Assembly (NCBI GenBank): GCA_016180645.1
Contig: JACPAV010000002.1
Location: forward strand, 124,001-174,627
Direction of reading: 5' to 3'
DNA: 50,627 bases
Source of the DNA: Nitrospirota bacterium
Lineage (GTDB): Bacteria; JACPQY01
In this document: positions 34,391-44,455 of the stretch, piece after piece
Layout of the letters: the number at the start of each line of letters is the position of its first letter
Position numbering within the stretch: position 1 is the stretch's first letter
Made by a program: the position numbers and the translations under genes
The notes under the pieces: generated by a model
Database searches by the model: none
What the model was told of the DNA's origin: nothing
The model's input: the letters and a program-made list of their open reading frames with translations, nothing else

Positions 34391-35596
34391 TCAACGGGGC
34401 GGTTGTTCCGGCTGACGGCCGCTTGCGTCCACCGCTCGGGACCGGGCCTTTCGGCCCGGCATCCCAACGGCGGAACGCGATCCACGGTAGAATCGACGAA
34501 TTCGGGCGACCACGGTTTCTCTCTCTTCCATGGTCAGTTCCGGGAAGATGGGGAGACTCAGGATCCGCCCGGACAACGCCTCCGTCAGGGGCAGATCCCC
34601 GGGACGGTAGCCGAGTTCACGGGCAGCTTCTTGCAGATGAGTGGGAATCGGATAATGGATGCGCGTCTCGACGCCGGTCCGGGAAAGGTGCTCGCGAAGG
34701 GCATCGCGTCGGTCGGCCTGAACCATGAACGTCTGGTAAACGGCGAATTCGTGGTCTCGGTCCGCCGGGACCTTGACGACGTCCGACAGTACTTCCCGGT
34801 AGTAGGATGCCAATCGCCGACGTTCCTCGATCCATCCATCCAGTCGCCGCAACTTGATCCTCAGCCATGCCGCTTGGACCGTATCGAGCCGGCTGTTCAC
34901 GCTCCAGAATTCGCATTCTCCAGGGCTTCGCAGTCCGTGATTTCTCCCCTTCACCAAGAACCGATAGAGGGCCTCGTCATGGGTCGTCACGATCCCCCCG
35001 TCCCCGCAGGCGCCCAGGTTCTTGAGCGGATGCAGGCTGAAACAACCGACCGTTCCGATGGAGCCGACCCGCCTGTCGCCCAGCCGGGCGCCGACGGCCT
35101 GCGCCGCGTCTTCAACCACGAAAAGCCCATACTCCCGGGCCACGGCCATGACGGCGTTCATGTCCACCGGTCGACCGGTGAGGTGCACCGGCAGGATAGC
35201 CCGAGTCCGGGTTGTGATCGCCTTCACAACGGCCTCAGGATCGATGTTGAAGTCGTCCCGGACGTCCACAAAGACCGGCCTGGCGCCGACCCGCACGATG
35301 GCGGCCACGGGCGCCATGAAGGAATTGGCGACCGTGATCACCTCATCCCCCGCACCAATGCCCAGTCCCCGGAGGGCGAGAATGAGGGCGTCCGTCCCGT
35401 TTCCGACGCCGACCGCATAGCGAGTCCCGCAGTAGGCGGCGAACTCCGCCTCGAAAGCGGAGACTTCCTCTCCGAGAATGGAATCGCCGCGTGAAAGAAC
35501 TCCGTCTGCCGCAGCCCATAGCTCGGCCCGCAAGGGACCGTGCTGTCTTGCCAGATCAATGAAAGGGACCCTGCCCCCCATCTTGCTTGAAGCCAT
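34391..35596 (-). CDS. DegT/DnrJ/EryC1/StrS PLP-dependent sugar aminotransferase
   Basis: GNGTDAL, ILPVHLTG, EDAAQA, FSLHPLKNLGACGDGG, NSRLD and LSLPIFP. Confidence 0.92.
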   Translation of the reverse strand: MASSKMGGRVPFIDLARQHGPLRAELWAAADGVLSRGDSILGEEVSAFEAEFAAYCGTRYAVGVGNGTDALILALRGLGIGAGDEVITVANSFMAPVAAIVRVGARPVFVDVRDDFNIDPEAVVKAITTRTRAILPVHLTGRPVDMNAVMAVAREYGLFVVEDAAQAVGARLGDRRVGSIGTVGCFSLHPLKNLGACGDGGIVTTHDEALYRFLVKGRNHGLRSPGECEFWSVNSRLDTVQAAWLRIKLRRLDGWIEERRRLASYYREVLSDVVKVPADRDHEFAVYQTFMVQADRRDALREHLSRTGVETRIHYPIPTHLQEAARELGYRPGDLPLTEALSGRILSLPIFPELTMEERETVVARIRRFYRGSRSAVGMPGRKARSRAVDASGRQPEQPPR

Positions 35597-35598
35597 GC

Positions 35599-36654
35599 TC
35601 AGGACAGGCGGACTTCCTTCATCCGCCGCACGTTGTAGTACCGGCTGTCATCCAGCGATCCGGGGAAAGATCCATGGCTGAAAGCCCGACAGAGGTCCAT
35701 CACGGCGTCTCGAACCGAGCGTTTAGGTCTGAAGCCCAGTTCACGCGCGATCTTCTCGGAAGAGACCTGGTACGACCGGATGTCGTCGGAGGGCACCGTT
35801 TCAACTTGGATGTCCCCCCGTTCCGGGACGACTTCCCGAACGACCGAGCGGACCCTCTCGGCGATCTCCGCGATGGTGTAGACTTCCGTGCCCACATTGA
35901 ACACTTTGCCCGCAATGCGCTCGCCCGGCTCTTCGAGCAGGCGGAGGTACAGATCCACCATGTCCTCCATGTGGATATTCGGTCTCTTCTGCATCCCGCC
36001 AAACACGGTCATCCGTCCTTTTCGAACGGCGTGATTCGTCAGCAGGTTGACGGTCAGGTCGAAACGTTGGCGAGGAGAGCAGCCGCACACCGTTGAAGGC
36101 CGGATGACGACCACGGTGAAGTCCCGCGACTGCTCGTCCAACAGGAGCGGCTCGCACAGTCCCTTGTATCGGTTGTAGTCCGTAACAGGCAGGAGGGGAT
36201 GTTCCTCCGTGACCGCCTCCGCCTCGCTCACCCCGTATACACTCGCGGTGGAGGCGTAGATGAAACGGCGAATTCCGTTCTCCTTGCTGGCCCGAACGAG
36301 CGGCCCGAAGGCATCATAGTTGATGGAGCGGCTGAGCGTCGGATTCAATTCGAAACTCGGATCGTTCGAGATGCAGGCCAGATGAATGACCGCGTCACAT
36401 CCCCGGACCGTTTCCACCAGGAGATCGCGATCTCTTATGTCACCTCGGATTTCAACCAGACGGGGATCGCTCCTCACGCCCTCGAGCGACTCCCTCCCGT
36501 AGAGGTAGAGATCCAGGACTCGGACGCCGTATCCCAGCGCCAAGAGCCTGGCGACCAGCACACTTCCGACGTAGCCCGCTCCCCCCGTAATGAGGACCGT
36601 TTGCCTCCTCCCGGACGGCTGCGGATGTTCTGGATGGCCGGTCGATTGCTCCAC
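35599..36654 (-). CDS. NAD-dependent epimerase/dehydratase
   Basis: ITGGAGYVGS, HLACISNDP, YNRYK and RPNIHMED. GTG at 36654, just after the GNAT stop, is the likely start. Confidence 0.87.
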   Translation of the reverse strand: MEQSTGHPEHPQPSGRRQTVLITGGAGYVGSVLVARLLALGYGVRVLDLYLYGRESLEGVRSDPRLVEIRGDIRDRDLLVETVRGCDAVIHLACISNDPSFELNPTLSRSINYDAFGPLVRASKENGIRRFIYASTASVYGVSEAEAVTEEHPLLPVTDYNRYKGLCEPLLLDEQSRDFTVVVIRPSTVCGCSPRQRFDLTVNLLTNHAVRKGRMTVFGGMQKRPNIHMEDMVDLYLRLLEEPGERIAGKVFNVGTEVYTIAEIAERVRSVVREVVPERGDIQVETVPSDDIRSYQVSSEKIARELGFRPKRSVRDAVMDLCRAFSHGSFPGSLDDSRYYNVRRMKEVRLS

Positions 36655-36658
36655 GAGA

Positions 36659-37759
36659 CTAGGCCCGGTAGGCAGGGAAGAAATCCCCGGTCGGCGCCCC
36701 GACCTTTGGTGGGTGCTCAGCCGCCCACTCCTCTTCAAGTCGCGCGTACGCCACCGGATCATGGATTCTCTCCCCGATGAAGTAGTCCACCCGGGTTCGC
36801 GCAAACTTGCTTTTGAAGCGGAGCAAACCGTCCTGGTCCGCGGCCGCTCCTCCCAGATGAAGCCATTCTTTGCCCGCCTCCGCCATCTCCGACGCCGCCG
36901 TAAACATCAGAAGCTCACCCGGACACAAAGGGTTCACCCCCTCCAGAGTCCCCGCCAAGTGGTAGTGGACATATTTGTCGCCATGGAGGAAGAGCGCGGC
37001 GGACAACACCCTCCCGCCCTCGTCTCTGGCGAAATAGAGAGAGACCCAACGATCATCGAGGCCGCCCAAGCGGGAGAAGTAGTCGGAAGAGAAGTAGTAG
37101 AAGGATTTCGCCCTGCGGCGTTCCATCGTCCCCCAGTAGATGCCGCAGAAAATGGAAAGGTTGGGGCCGGTCATCGGAACGCGTGTCACCTGGATGCCCC
37201 GCCGCTGGGCGATCCTCACGTCCCGCCGCGCCGATTTCGCAAATCCGTTCAGGATCCCGTCCGGTCCTTTCCGAAGATCGATCACAGGATGCGGTGATGG
37301 ACCGCGCAGGTCGAAGTATCCGTTCCAGTCTTCGTGATTGCGGAGCAGCGGATGGAACCGGACGAATTCACTCACGATACCCTCCGCCTCGCAGAACTCC
37401 GAGAAATCGCGCCGAAAATCCGACCGCACATCGCTCACGTCCATCGGAGTTTCAGCGTAGGCCACCGGTCCGCCGTACTCGAAGGGACTCGTGAGATCGA
37501 ACTGGGGCCTGGGAGAGGAGCCGCCCAGCGGCAATCCTTTCAAAGGACGGAGAACAAAAGGGTGGATGACGAGGCCCTGCGCATGCCGGTAGAGACAAAG
37601 CGTGATGCGTCCTCCGTCATGATCCGCCGTTGCAGCCAGGTAAGAGATCTCGTAGTAGACGTCCCCTGCCTTTCGAACGGCGCGCTCCCACTCCTCCTGG
37701 AAGGGAGGACGGCCCGTGCCTCCGTCCAAGAAATGAACTCGAAGAGTAGCGCGGGACAT
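36659..37759 (-). CDS. GNAT/FemAB-like acyl- or aminoacyl-transferase
   Basis: SPFEYGGP, EFVRFHPLL, YYFSSDYF, HYHLAG and HLGG...LLRFKSKF. Confidence 0.8.
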   Translation of the reverse strand: MSRATLRVHFLDGGTGRPPFQEEWERAVRKAGDVYYEISYLAATADHDGGRITLCLYRHAQGLVIHPFVLRPLKGLPLGGSSPRPQFDLTSPFEYGGPVAYAETPMDVSDVRSDFRRDFSEFCEAEGIVSEFVRFHPLLRNHEDWNGYFDLRGPSPHPVIDLRKGPDGILNGFAKSARRDVRIAQRRGIQVTRVPMTGPNLSIFCGIYWGTMERRRAKSFYYFSSDYFSRLGGLDDRWVSLYFARDEGGRVLSAALFLHGDKYVHYHLAGTLEGVNPLCPGELLMFTAASEMAEAGKEWLHLGGAAADQDGLLRFKSKFARTRVDYFIGERIHDPVAYARLEEEWAAEHPPKVGAPTGDFFPAYRA

Positions 37760-38961
37760 CAGATGAGAACGTGGTGTAGGTTGGGATCAGGGTTCGTAAT
37801 CTGGTGAAGGATGACGTTCGTTTCATCCAGGAAACAGCCGGCGGGGCATTTCCGTTTCAGATCGATTTTCCGGGCCACGTCCTGCCGCCGTTTCGACTCC
37901 CAGATCTTGTCCATGGAATCCTCGTAGATGTTGCCGATGACAAACTCGGGATCCCCACCGTGATCGATGCAGAGGTATACGTTGCCGTCCGGTTCCATCA
38001 TCGGCACCAGAGGGTGGGCCCGGCACCGGTCGTAGCGCTCCGCTCCGTTGAATTGCTTCACATACGCCCGACGGATTTGATCTACCTTTACGTGCACTTC
38101 GAACCGCTCGGTTTGGTAGCGAGACTGGATGTCCAGCAGCCGCGACACCATGGCCGCCGCTTGCTCCTCTCGCGCGTCCTCCGTGGAATGAAGGTCCATG
38201 GAAGAAACCGTGATGTGCTCGTTGCTCCGGTTGCGCTGGAGCGATTTGAAGACCACGTAGTCGACACCCACCTCGCCGAACAGGGCGGCGAATCCCTCGA
38301 AATCCTCCTCGGTGAGGGGCGAGCAGATCATCTGGCAGCCGATGTGAGGGTAGAGGCTGCCGCGTCGGCGCTTCTCTTCGACGAGATGGCGGATATTGCG
38401 CAGGACCCGATCGAAATCCGCCCGGCCCCTCCCGTTGGAATTCGCGGCCGCGTGCCAGCGCGAATGCAGGGATTTCGAGGCGGCATCCACGCTGAACCGG
38501 ACGGCCACGGCCCCCGCAAAGAGGGATGGGAAGAACTTGTCCGTGAGATGTTCCCCGTTCGTGAACAACATGTATCGAAGGCCCAGGTCGCTCGCCGCGT
38601 CGAGCATGGTCCTGGCCGAGGGGTGCAGGAGGGGCTCCCCTTGACCTGCGATGGTCAGGCCCTGGGTCCCCCCCGCGGCGAGGATCTTGACGTTTCGGAT
38701 CCAGACGTCAGGCTGGATGATCAGTTCATCCTTCGCCTTGAGGGACGGCGTCTTGCGGGTCGTGTACGCCGAACTGCACCAGGCGCAACTGTGATTGCAG
38801 TAGGTGGTAAAGCCCGTGCTGACGCTGACCGGCCAACAGTCGCCTGTCTTCACAAGGGAGGCCACAGCCTCCGGGTGATAGAAAATCTTTCTTCGGTCAT
38901 ACCTTGACAGGCAGAACGCCGTCGCGTCCTCCGTCGTGGGTCGGCGCATCTCCGCGCTCAT
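37759..38961 (-). CDS. Radical SAM protein with C-terminal SPASM/twitch Cys cluster
   Basis: CNHSCAWC, GQGEPLLHP, FTNG, RFSVDA and C-terminal CRAHP...VYLC...IGNI...CPAGC. Likely ATG at 38961. Confidence 0.87.
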   Translation of the reverse strand: MSAEMRRPTTEDATAFCLSRYDRRKIFYHPEAVASLVKTGDCWPVSVSTGFTTYCNHSCAWCSSAYTTRKTPSLKAKDELIIQPDVWIRNVKILAAGGTQGLTIAGQGEPLLHPSARTMLDAASDLGLRYMLFTNGEHLTDKFFPSLFAGAVAVRFSVDAASKSLHSRWHAAANSNGRGRADFDRVLRNIRHLVEEKRRRGSLYPHIGCQMICSPLTEEDFEGFAALFGEVGVDYVVFKSLQRNRSNEHITVSSMDLHSTEDAREEQAAAMVSRLLDIQSRYQTERFEVHVKVDQIRRAYVKQFNGAERYDRCRAHPLVPMMEPDGNVYLCIDHGGDPEFVIGNIYEDSMDKIWESKRRQDVARKIDLKRKCPAGCFLDETNVILHQITNPDPNLHHVLI

Positions 38962-38971
38962 CACGCCATGT

Positions 38972-39748
38972 TCATGCGGCCGGCGATGGGCCCGCGGCCG
39001 AAGCCGGTTCTTGCGAAAAGGTGAAAGTGGAGAACGAGTAGTCTCCCCCGTACCCGATCCGTTCGAAACATTGATGCCATTCCCCCATGCTCCTGAACAC
39101 CTGGACGGTTGCGCCCCAGTCATGCAATCCTTCCTCCTCTGCGGGGCTGGCGTAGCTGGCTACATTCAGGAAACAAAGTCCACGGCTGACTCTCATCAAC
39201 TCCCGCACGGCCTGATCCGCCCGATCTTCATCAAGGTTGTGAAGGGTGCCGATGGACACGACCAGATCGAAACTGTGATCCGCAAAGCCCAAGGCATGGG
39301 CGCTCATGCGGGAAAACCGACCCCGCACCTCCGCCTTGGCGTGCCGGAGGGCATATGCGCTGATGTCGCATCCAAAGGCGACCGGGGCGCCGTCCGCTCC
39401 CAGTCGGCGCTGGAATTCGTACGCCAGGAATCCTTTGGCGCAGCCCACATCCAGTATTCGCTGCCCCGGCTTTAGATCGTAGTGGCGGATCATGGCCTCG
39501 GCCACCGTGCCCCACCGGCCGTCATAGTAGTAGCCGCCGTATCCCAGATCCGAATCGAAGTAGGCCTGCCCAAACCGCAGCAAGGAGGCCCTCTGTTCTT
39601 CCGTAAGACTCCGCCTGATCCGGAGTCGACGAAGGCGGTCCGCCCTGCCGTGCGCGGAGTCCCCTCCGCCGACCCCTTGCAAGAAGTCGACCCTTCTAGG
39701 AGCGCTCACAGGTTGTGGAAGGATCTGAGGGGTCTTCCCCCGATCCAA
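38972..39748 (-). CDS. Class I SAM-dependent methyltransferase
   Basis: GYGGYYYDGRW, ILDVGCAKGFL and FDLVVSIGTLHNL. Confidence 0.85.
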   Translation of the reverse strand: MDRGKTPQILPQPVSAPRRVDFLQGVGGGDSAHGRADRLRRLRIRRSLTEEQRASLLRFGQAYFDSDLGYGGYYYDGRWGTVAEAMIRHYDLKPGQRILDVGCAKGFLAYEFQRRLGADGAPVAFGCDISAYALRHAKAEVRGRFSRMSAHALGFADHSFDLVVSIGTLHNLDEDRADQAVRELMRVSRGLCFLNVASYASPAEEEGLHDWGATVQVFRSMGEWHQCFERIGYGGDYSFSTFTFSQEPASAAGPSPAA

Positions 39749-39882
39749 GGTCCCGGGCGGACTCGAAACGCTTTCCCCGTCTGCGGCACGTCAACGCCCA
39801 CCTCTTCATGGGCCTACCGGGGCGACGCCGCCGTCACCCGGAAAGACGTGCGGGAAAAATCGGATGAAACGCCTCAAGAACG

Positions 39883-42114
39883 TCATGGCCCCATCATCCC
39901 GATGGCGGAAGGCGCCTCCGGAACGGCAGCCACGCCGCGAACCGGTTCGAAAAGGTCCGGGGGCTGTTTTCGCCATCCTTCAAGCGAGGACCTCGAATTC
40001 ATGTGCCACACTTTGTCCGCCCCCCACTGTTTGACGTACTTTTCCGCCGCCTGCTCCATGGCGGATTCCCGGTTCAGGCCGGCTTTGAAGCCTTCCAACA
40101 ACCAACGGAGACAGGTTCCCATTCGCTCCGCCGCGCATCCGTCCCGGTAGGGATCGAGATCATCCAGAAGGGAGGTCCAATGCCCAAATCCCGGAATCCC
40201 TTTCGGGCGCCGCCAGTGCTCCTGGCACGCCAGCCATAAGGACTCCCAGTCTTGGAAGACCACACGGCCCGGACCCAGTTCGTACAGCGGACTCTCCTTC
40301 CAGCCTTCCCGATCCAGCAGGAGTGTAGGCACGCCGGCCAGCGCCGACTCGCAACCGGCCGTTCCGGACCAGAGATGCCCATGGATGGCGATATCGGACG
40401 CCAAGGCGGCGGCGGCGGGAGGATACGCCCCATGGGGGTTCCCTTCCTCGAAAACGAAGCACCGACCGGTCGCCTCCGCTTCCGCCAATTGCTCGGCCAC
40501 GGGGCCGAGACGCCGTCTGAGGGTGCCGGGGATTTTCGGCTTCAGGACCAGTCCCAGCGTGGGCTCCTCCAGCAGCTTCTCAAGCAGAAAGGAATAGTTC
40601 TCTCTCATTCGTTCATGCCCCAGGGCATGCCATCGACCATCTTCGGCCGAGCCCTCGTCAAAATACGCCAGGATTCGTGATGCGCCGCCGGTCTTGAGCT
40701 TTTCCCTCAACTCCGCCGCCTGTGACCGCAGGAGCGGGAAACGGTGGTCACCCAGGTATCCCGTCACGAAAAAATAACGGAAGGCCGAACCGACCTCGCG
40801 CTCGGCCTTCGCCCTCGACGAGGAAAAGCCGAACAGGAGATCGCTGTAGGAGGAGAGTCCCACCGACAGGTCGTGAGAGCGTTGATAAATCACCGTCACT
40901 CCGCCCAGACTTCTTAACGCATCGACGATGGCGCACTGTCTTGGCTCGGCGTTGAACCAGGACACGTAGATTTTGACGTCCTCCGAATCAAACAGATCGG
41001 TCCAGTAGGCCCTGAGCAATGTGTAGGTAAAGGACATCTCATCCAGCCATTCCCGGGTGCTCCATGCCGGCCCCTCCGTTGCACCGCCTCTGAGCAGGCG
41101 CAGAGGCGCGTAGCGCGGCCGATGGGTGAAAAGCGGTATGGCCGCTCCCCGTCGAGCTCCAGGAGAAAGCGCGATGGCATTCATTCCAGACCGTTGGGTG
41201 AGCCGCAACCTCGGTTCATCGAGCGGGTCGGAGGGCAGTCCGAAGACGAGAAGCAGATCTCGAGCCGGCAAGGACGACTGTTGCCAAAAAAACACATCGG
41301 AGTACCGCTCCGGGTATTCCAGATTGAAATGGCCGTAGGATTCGGCCGCCAGTCGCGGCCCTTGATCCATCCGGGCCGGCTTCCGCGGGTCGGTATTCCA
41401 GGAAGCGGCAGCCGCCCTCAATTTCTTCCGAGACTCCCGTCTGCCGGAGTGGAGGGCCGCGCGCATTCGGTCGAGGGCGTCCGTCAATGGCATCTCGGCC
41501 ACGTCCACCCCGAATCTACGAGCGTACAACCGGACGACATCCATGAAAGGGCGAAACCGCATGAGGAGCAGCACGGCCGCCCATCCACGTTTCTCAACGG
41601 CCGCTTGCCTTGCGCAGATCCGCACAAGCCACAAAGCTCTCCAGAACGACTTGGGCGTCGGGAGTCCCACCTCCGCAAGGAGCGTTTTCATCAGGAAGCG
41701 ACCCAACCCCTCATCTTGAGGCGGCGCCGAATGAACCTCCCTCAAGCCAGGGACGTTGAGGAGCCACTCCCGGATTTCCGGCAGGTCCCGATATCGCATC
41801 GACTGCCAAGTGGAGTTGCCGGATTCATCCCGCAGCTCATCCAAACGAAAATCCAATCGGACCAGCTTGACCCCGACGCTTTTCGCCGTGACGTTCATGA
41901 GCCAGCGGCCAACGGGGCCACCCCCCATGTCCAGATAGTAGCAAATCTCCACCCGTCGGCCCCGTGACCATCCTGTCCAGGCCAGGCGGGGCAGGACATC
42001 GAACAACCAGGACGCGGCATGGATCTCTTCAACGACGACGAGAATCCCCTTGGGGGCGGTGGAGGAGCGATCGCCGGTACCCGTCGCTGCCTTCTTTCCT
42101 CGAGCCGCCTGCAT
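39883..42114 (-). CDS. Large hypothetical glycan-locus protein (possible GT-B-fold transferase)
   Basis: About 743 aa in operon context. It has YFFVTGYLGD, LVLKPK, TAGCESALAGVPTLL and DPYRDGCAAER, a GT-B-like C-terminus. Confidence 0.55.
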   Translation of the reverse strand: MQAARGKKAATGTGDRSSTAPKGILVVVEEIHAASWLFDVLPRLAWTGWSRGRRVEICYYLDMGGGPVGRWLMNVTAKSVGVKLVRLDFRLDELRDESGNSTWQSMRYRDLPEIREWLLNVPGLREVHSAPPQDEGLGRFLMKTLLAEVGLPTPKSFWRALWLVRICARQAAVEKRGWAAVLLLMRFRPFMDVVRLYARRFGVDVAEMPLTDALDRMRAALHSGRRESRKKLRAAAASWNTDPRKPARMDQGPRLAAESYGHFNLEYPERYSDVFFWQQSSLPARDLLLVFGLPSDPLDEPRLRLTQRSGMNAIALSPGARRGAAIPLFTHRPRYAPLRLLRGGATEGPAWSTREWLDEMSFTYTLLRAYWTDLFDSEDVKIYVSWFNAEPRQCAIVDALRSLGGVTVIYQRSHDLSVGLSSYSDLLFGFSSSRAKAEREVGSAFRYFFVTGYLGDHRFPLLRSQAAELREKLKTGGASRILAYFDEGSAEDGRWHALGHERMRENYSFLLEKLLEEPTLGLVLKPKIPGTLRRRLGPVAEQLAEAEATGRCFVFEEGNPHGAYPPAAAALASDIAIHGHLWSGTAGCESALAGVPTLLLDREGWKESPLYELGPGRVVFQDWESLWLACQEHWRRPKGIPGFGHWTSLLDDLDPYRDGCAAERMGTCLRWLLEGFKAGLNRESAMEQAAEKYVKQWGADKVWHMNSRSSLEGWRKQPPDLFEPVRGVAAVPEAPSAIGMMGP

Positions 42115-42129
42115 GCGTGTCCCTCGCAA

Positions 42130-43209
42130 CTAGAGGGCCATGGCCGAGGCGCCCTGGACCTCTCTCTGCACTCTTTCATAATCGTCCGGTTGCCCGACAT
42201 CGGACCAGTATTCATGGATCGGGAAACTCACGACCCTTTTCCGCGCGTTCAAGAGATCGTTGATGACGTCGGTCATGTCCAGGGATTCGCCGACCGGAAT
42301 CCGTTGCAGCACCGAGGGCTCCAAGAGATAGATGCCCGCGTTGATAAAGAACGTCAGGCAAGGTTTCTCCTTCAAGTCCGTTACGCGATGCCCCTCACAT
42401 TCCACCACCCCGTAGGGAACCGCCACGCGGTGTGATCGCACGGCTACGGTCAAGTCGGCCCCGTGCTCTCGATGGAAACTGAGCATGGCCCGGTAGTTCA
42501 CGTGAGAGAGAACGTCGCCGTTGATGACGAGCAGCGTTTCGTCCGTGCGATCCATGATCGCCAAGCCCCCCGCGGTACCCAGCGGGCGATCCTCCACGAC
42601 ATAGCCGATCTCGATGCCGAAATCCCGTCCATCCCCGAGATGCTCGGTGATCTTTTCGGACCGGTAGTGGGTGGTGATATGGACCCTCTTGATCCCCGCG
42701 TCTCGAAGTTGGCCGACGATCCGTTCGATCAACGGCCGATCTCCCACCGGCAACATCGGCTTGGGCAACTCCTCCGTGAGCGGCCGCAATCTCCGCCCTT
42801 CTCCTCCCGCCACGACGACGGCCCTTACCGAACAGATCTCATCGGGCAAGAATTCTTTCTGCGACACCAAGCCCGCCACACGCCCTTCGGAATCAAGGAT
42901 GGGGAGATGGAACATCCGGTGCTTCTGGAAAAGCGCGATGCACCTCTCGGCCGTGGCACCCTCGCGGGCCGTCACGGGTCTTTCGAAACGCGTTCCTTTC
43001 TTGGCTCGGAGAAGGTTTTCGACCGGCGCATCGAGGTTGGTATCCGCAAGAATGGCCCTCCGGACGTCCCCGTCCGTGATCGTCCCGACCAGCCTTCGGC
43101 CCTCATCGACCACCAAGACGATGCTCAGGCCGTTGGCCGTCATCCGAGCCATGGCCTCTCGGACCGTGCTTCGTCCGTCGATACAGAAACGCTCCTGGTC
43201 TGTACGCAT
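42130..43209 (-). CDS. CBS-domain nucleotidyltransferase (PtmE-type, legionaminic acid pathway)
   Basis: N-terminal CBS pair (GTITDGDVRR), then AGGEGRRLRPLTEELPKPML, PLGTAG, INGD and WSDVG. Confidence 0.9.
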   Translation of the reverse strand: MRTDQERFCIDGRSTVREAMARMTANGLSIVLVVDEGRRLVGTITDGDVRRAILADTNLDAPVENLLRAKKGTRFERPVTAREGATAERCIALFQKHRMFHLPILDSEGRVAGLVSQKEFLPDEICSVRAVVVAGGEGRRLRPLTEELPKPMLPVGDRPLIERIVGQLRDAGIKRVHITTHYRSEKITEHLGDGRDFGIEIGYVVEDRPLGTAGGLAIMDRTDETLLVINGDVLSHVNYRAMLSFHREHGADLTVAVRSHRVAVPYGVVECEGHRVTDLKEKPCLTFFINAGIYLLEPSVLQRIPVGESLDMTDVINDLLNARKRVVSFPIHEYWSDVGQPDDYERVQREVQGASAMAL

Positions 43210-43351
43210 CCTTGCTTCCTTTCAAGGGGTTGGCCGGACAGTCTCCGGCCTTCCGCCTAGTTTGCGGCGCCGGCCGCCGCCGGGCCTTCAGGATTCCGGC
43301 CATCCGGGCGCCGGAGGAGCCCGCCAAGCGCCGGTGGGCCTTCCACCCTTT

Positions 43352-44455
43352 TCAGGCTTCCCCCCTGCGGCCGAATCCCGCGGGTTTGCCGGCTAAGCGG
43401 GCGAAGTCGGCCAATTCGGACCATCGAATCGATGGACCGAAGAGGATTCCGCCCCCGGTGCAGTTGTAGGTCTCGCAATCGGCCTGCCCCGCCATTTCGA
43501 GGAAAACGTCCCGATACCAGAGGTAAGCGGGGTCTGTGTAGAATTCCTTGTCTACATGCGGATTGTGAATGCGCACGTACATCTCATCCAGGCGATTGCG
43601 CCCGACCAGATCGACGATTTCATGAAAGTACTGAGTACGCTCGTAGGGCATGTCGGCGTAGTAGCCGAGATCCATGCCGATCAAACCGATCCTTTTCTTT
43701 CGCAGCACGGCATGAGCGATCACCCAACACGCGGCGCCTACGTTTCCGCCGGCGTTGATGCAGGGGAGACCATTCAAATGGTGGAGCCTCCGGGTCAGGC
43801 TTTCTTCGGCCTCGTAGTCATCCAGCATCGGGTTCCACCAGTAAAGATTCATCCCAGCCCCCAGGGCGCGCGCGACCACGGCGCACGAAGAACCCGTGGA
43901 GACGGCGAGCTTGATCCTTGGCCCTGCGCGATCCACCATTTCGGTGAGCTCCCGATTGAATCGGATCTGGTCTTCCCGGAACTTGGGGTCCATGTCCTGT
44001 CTCGAATAGTAATCATCCCGCCAGACGGCTTCCTCGGTGAGATGGGGATCGCCGAACCATCGGACCACCCGTTCGGGATGCGAATCGAGCGTGACCACCA
44101 GATCGGGGGCAATTCCGCTTCTCAGGCACCAAGCCAGGGAAGACTCCGCGGCTATGATGACGCCCTCGAACCCCGATTCCCGAATCAACCTTGCCGTGTC
44201 AAACCGATGGATGGAGGGACCGGCCGCGATGACCAATGCATCTTCCCCCTGCGCCATGCGAGTCTTTGCCAAATCTTCCACACTGCGGCCTGAAGCGATC
44301 GCATCCGTGTTCGACTTCGCATTGGCCAGACAGACATCGCCGACCTTTTCCAGCGTGAGGGAATCGAGCTGTCCGGCGATCCGGCGACCCAGGTCCCCAG
44401 GCCCCGGTGCTTTCGCCCTGGACGCCTCTCCCATCTCGATCCCCGTTCGAATCAT
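43352..44455 (-). CDS. Maf / MptE-like (DUF115) domain protein
   Basis: ALVIAAGPS, PDLVVTLD, GGNVG, IGLIGMDLGY and TYNCTGGG. Confidence 0.75.
   Translation of the reverse strand: MIRTGIEMGEASRAKAPGPGDLGRRIAGQLDSLTLEKVGDVCLANAKSNTDAIASGRSVEDLAKTRMAQGEDALVIAAGPSIHRFDTARLIRESGFEGVIIAAESSLAWCLRSGIAPDLVVTLDSHPERVVRWFGDPHLTEEAVWRDDYYSRQDMDPKFREDQIRFNRELTEMVDRAGPRIKLAVSTGSSCAVVARALGAGMNLYWWNPMLDDYEAEESLTRRLHHLNGLPCINAGGNVGAACWVIAHAVLRKKRIGLIGMDLGYYADMPYERTQYFHEIVDLVGRNRLDEMYVRIHNPHVDKEFYTDPAYLWYRDVFLEMAGQADCETYNCTGGGILFGPSIRWSELADFARLAGKPAGFGRRGEA

Noticed and set aside
43210-43351. GC-rich intergenic hairpins as a possible riboswitch or ncRNA
   Set aside because: Only short GC stems, as expected at this composition, and no recognisable conserved RNA motif.
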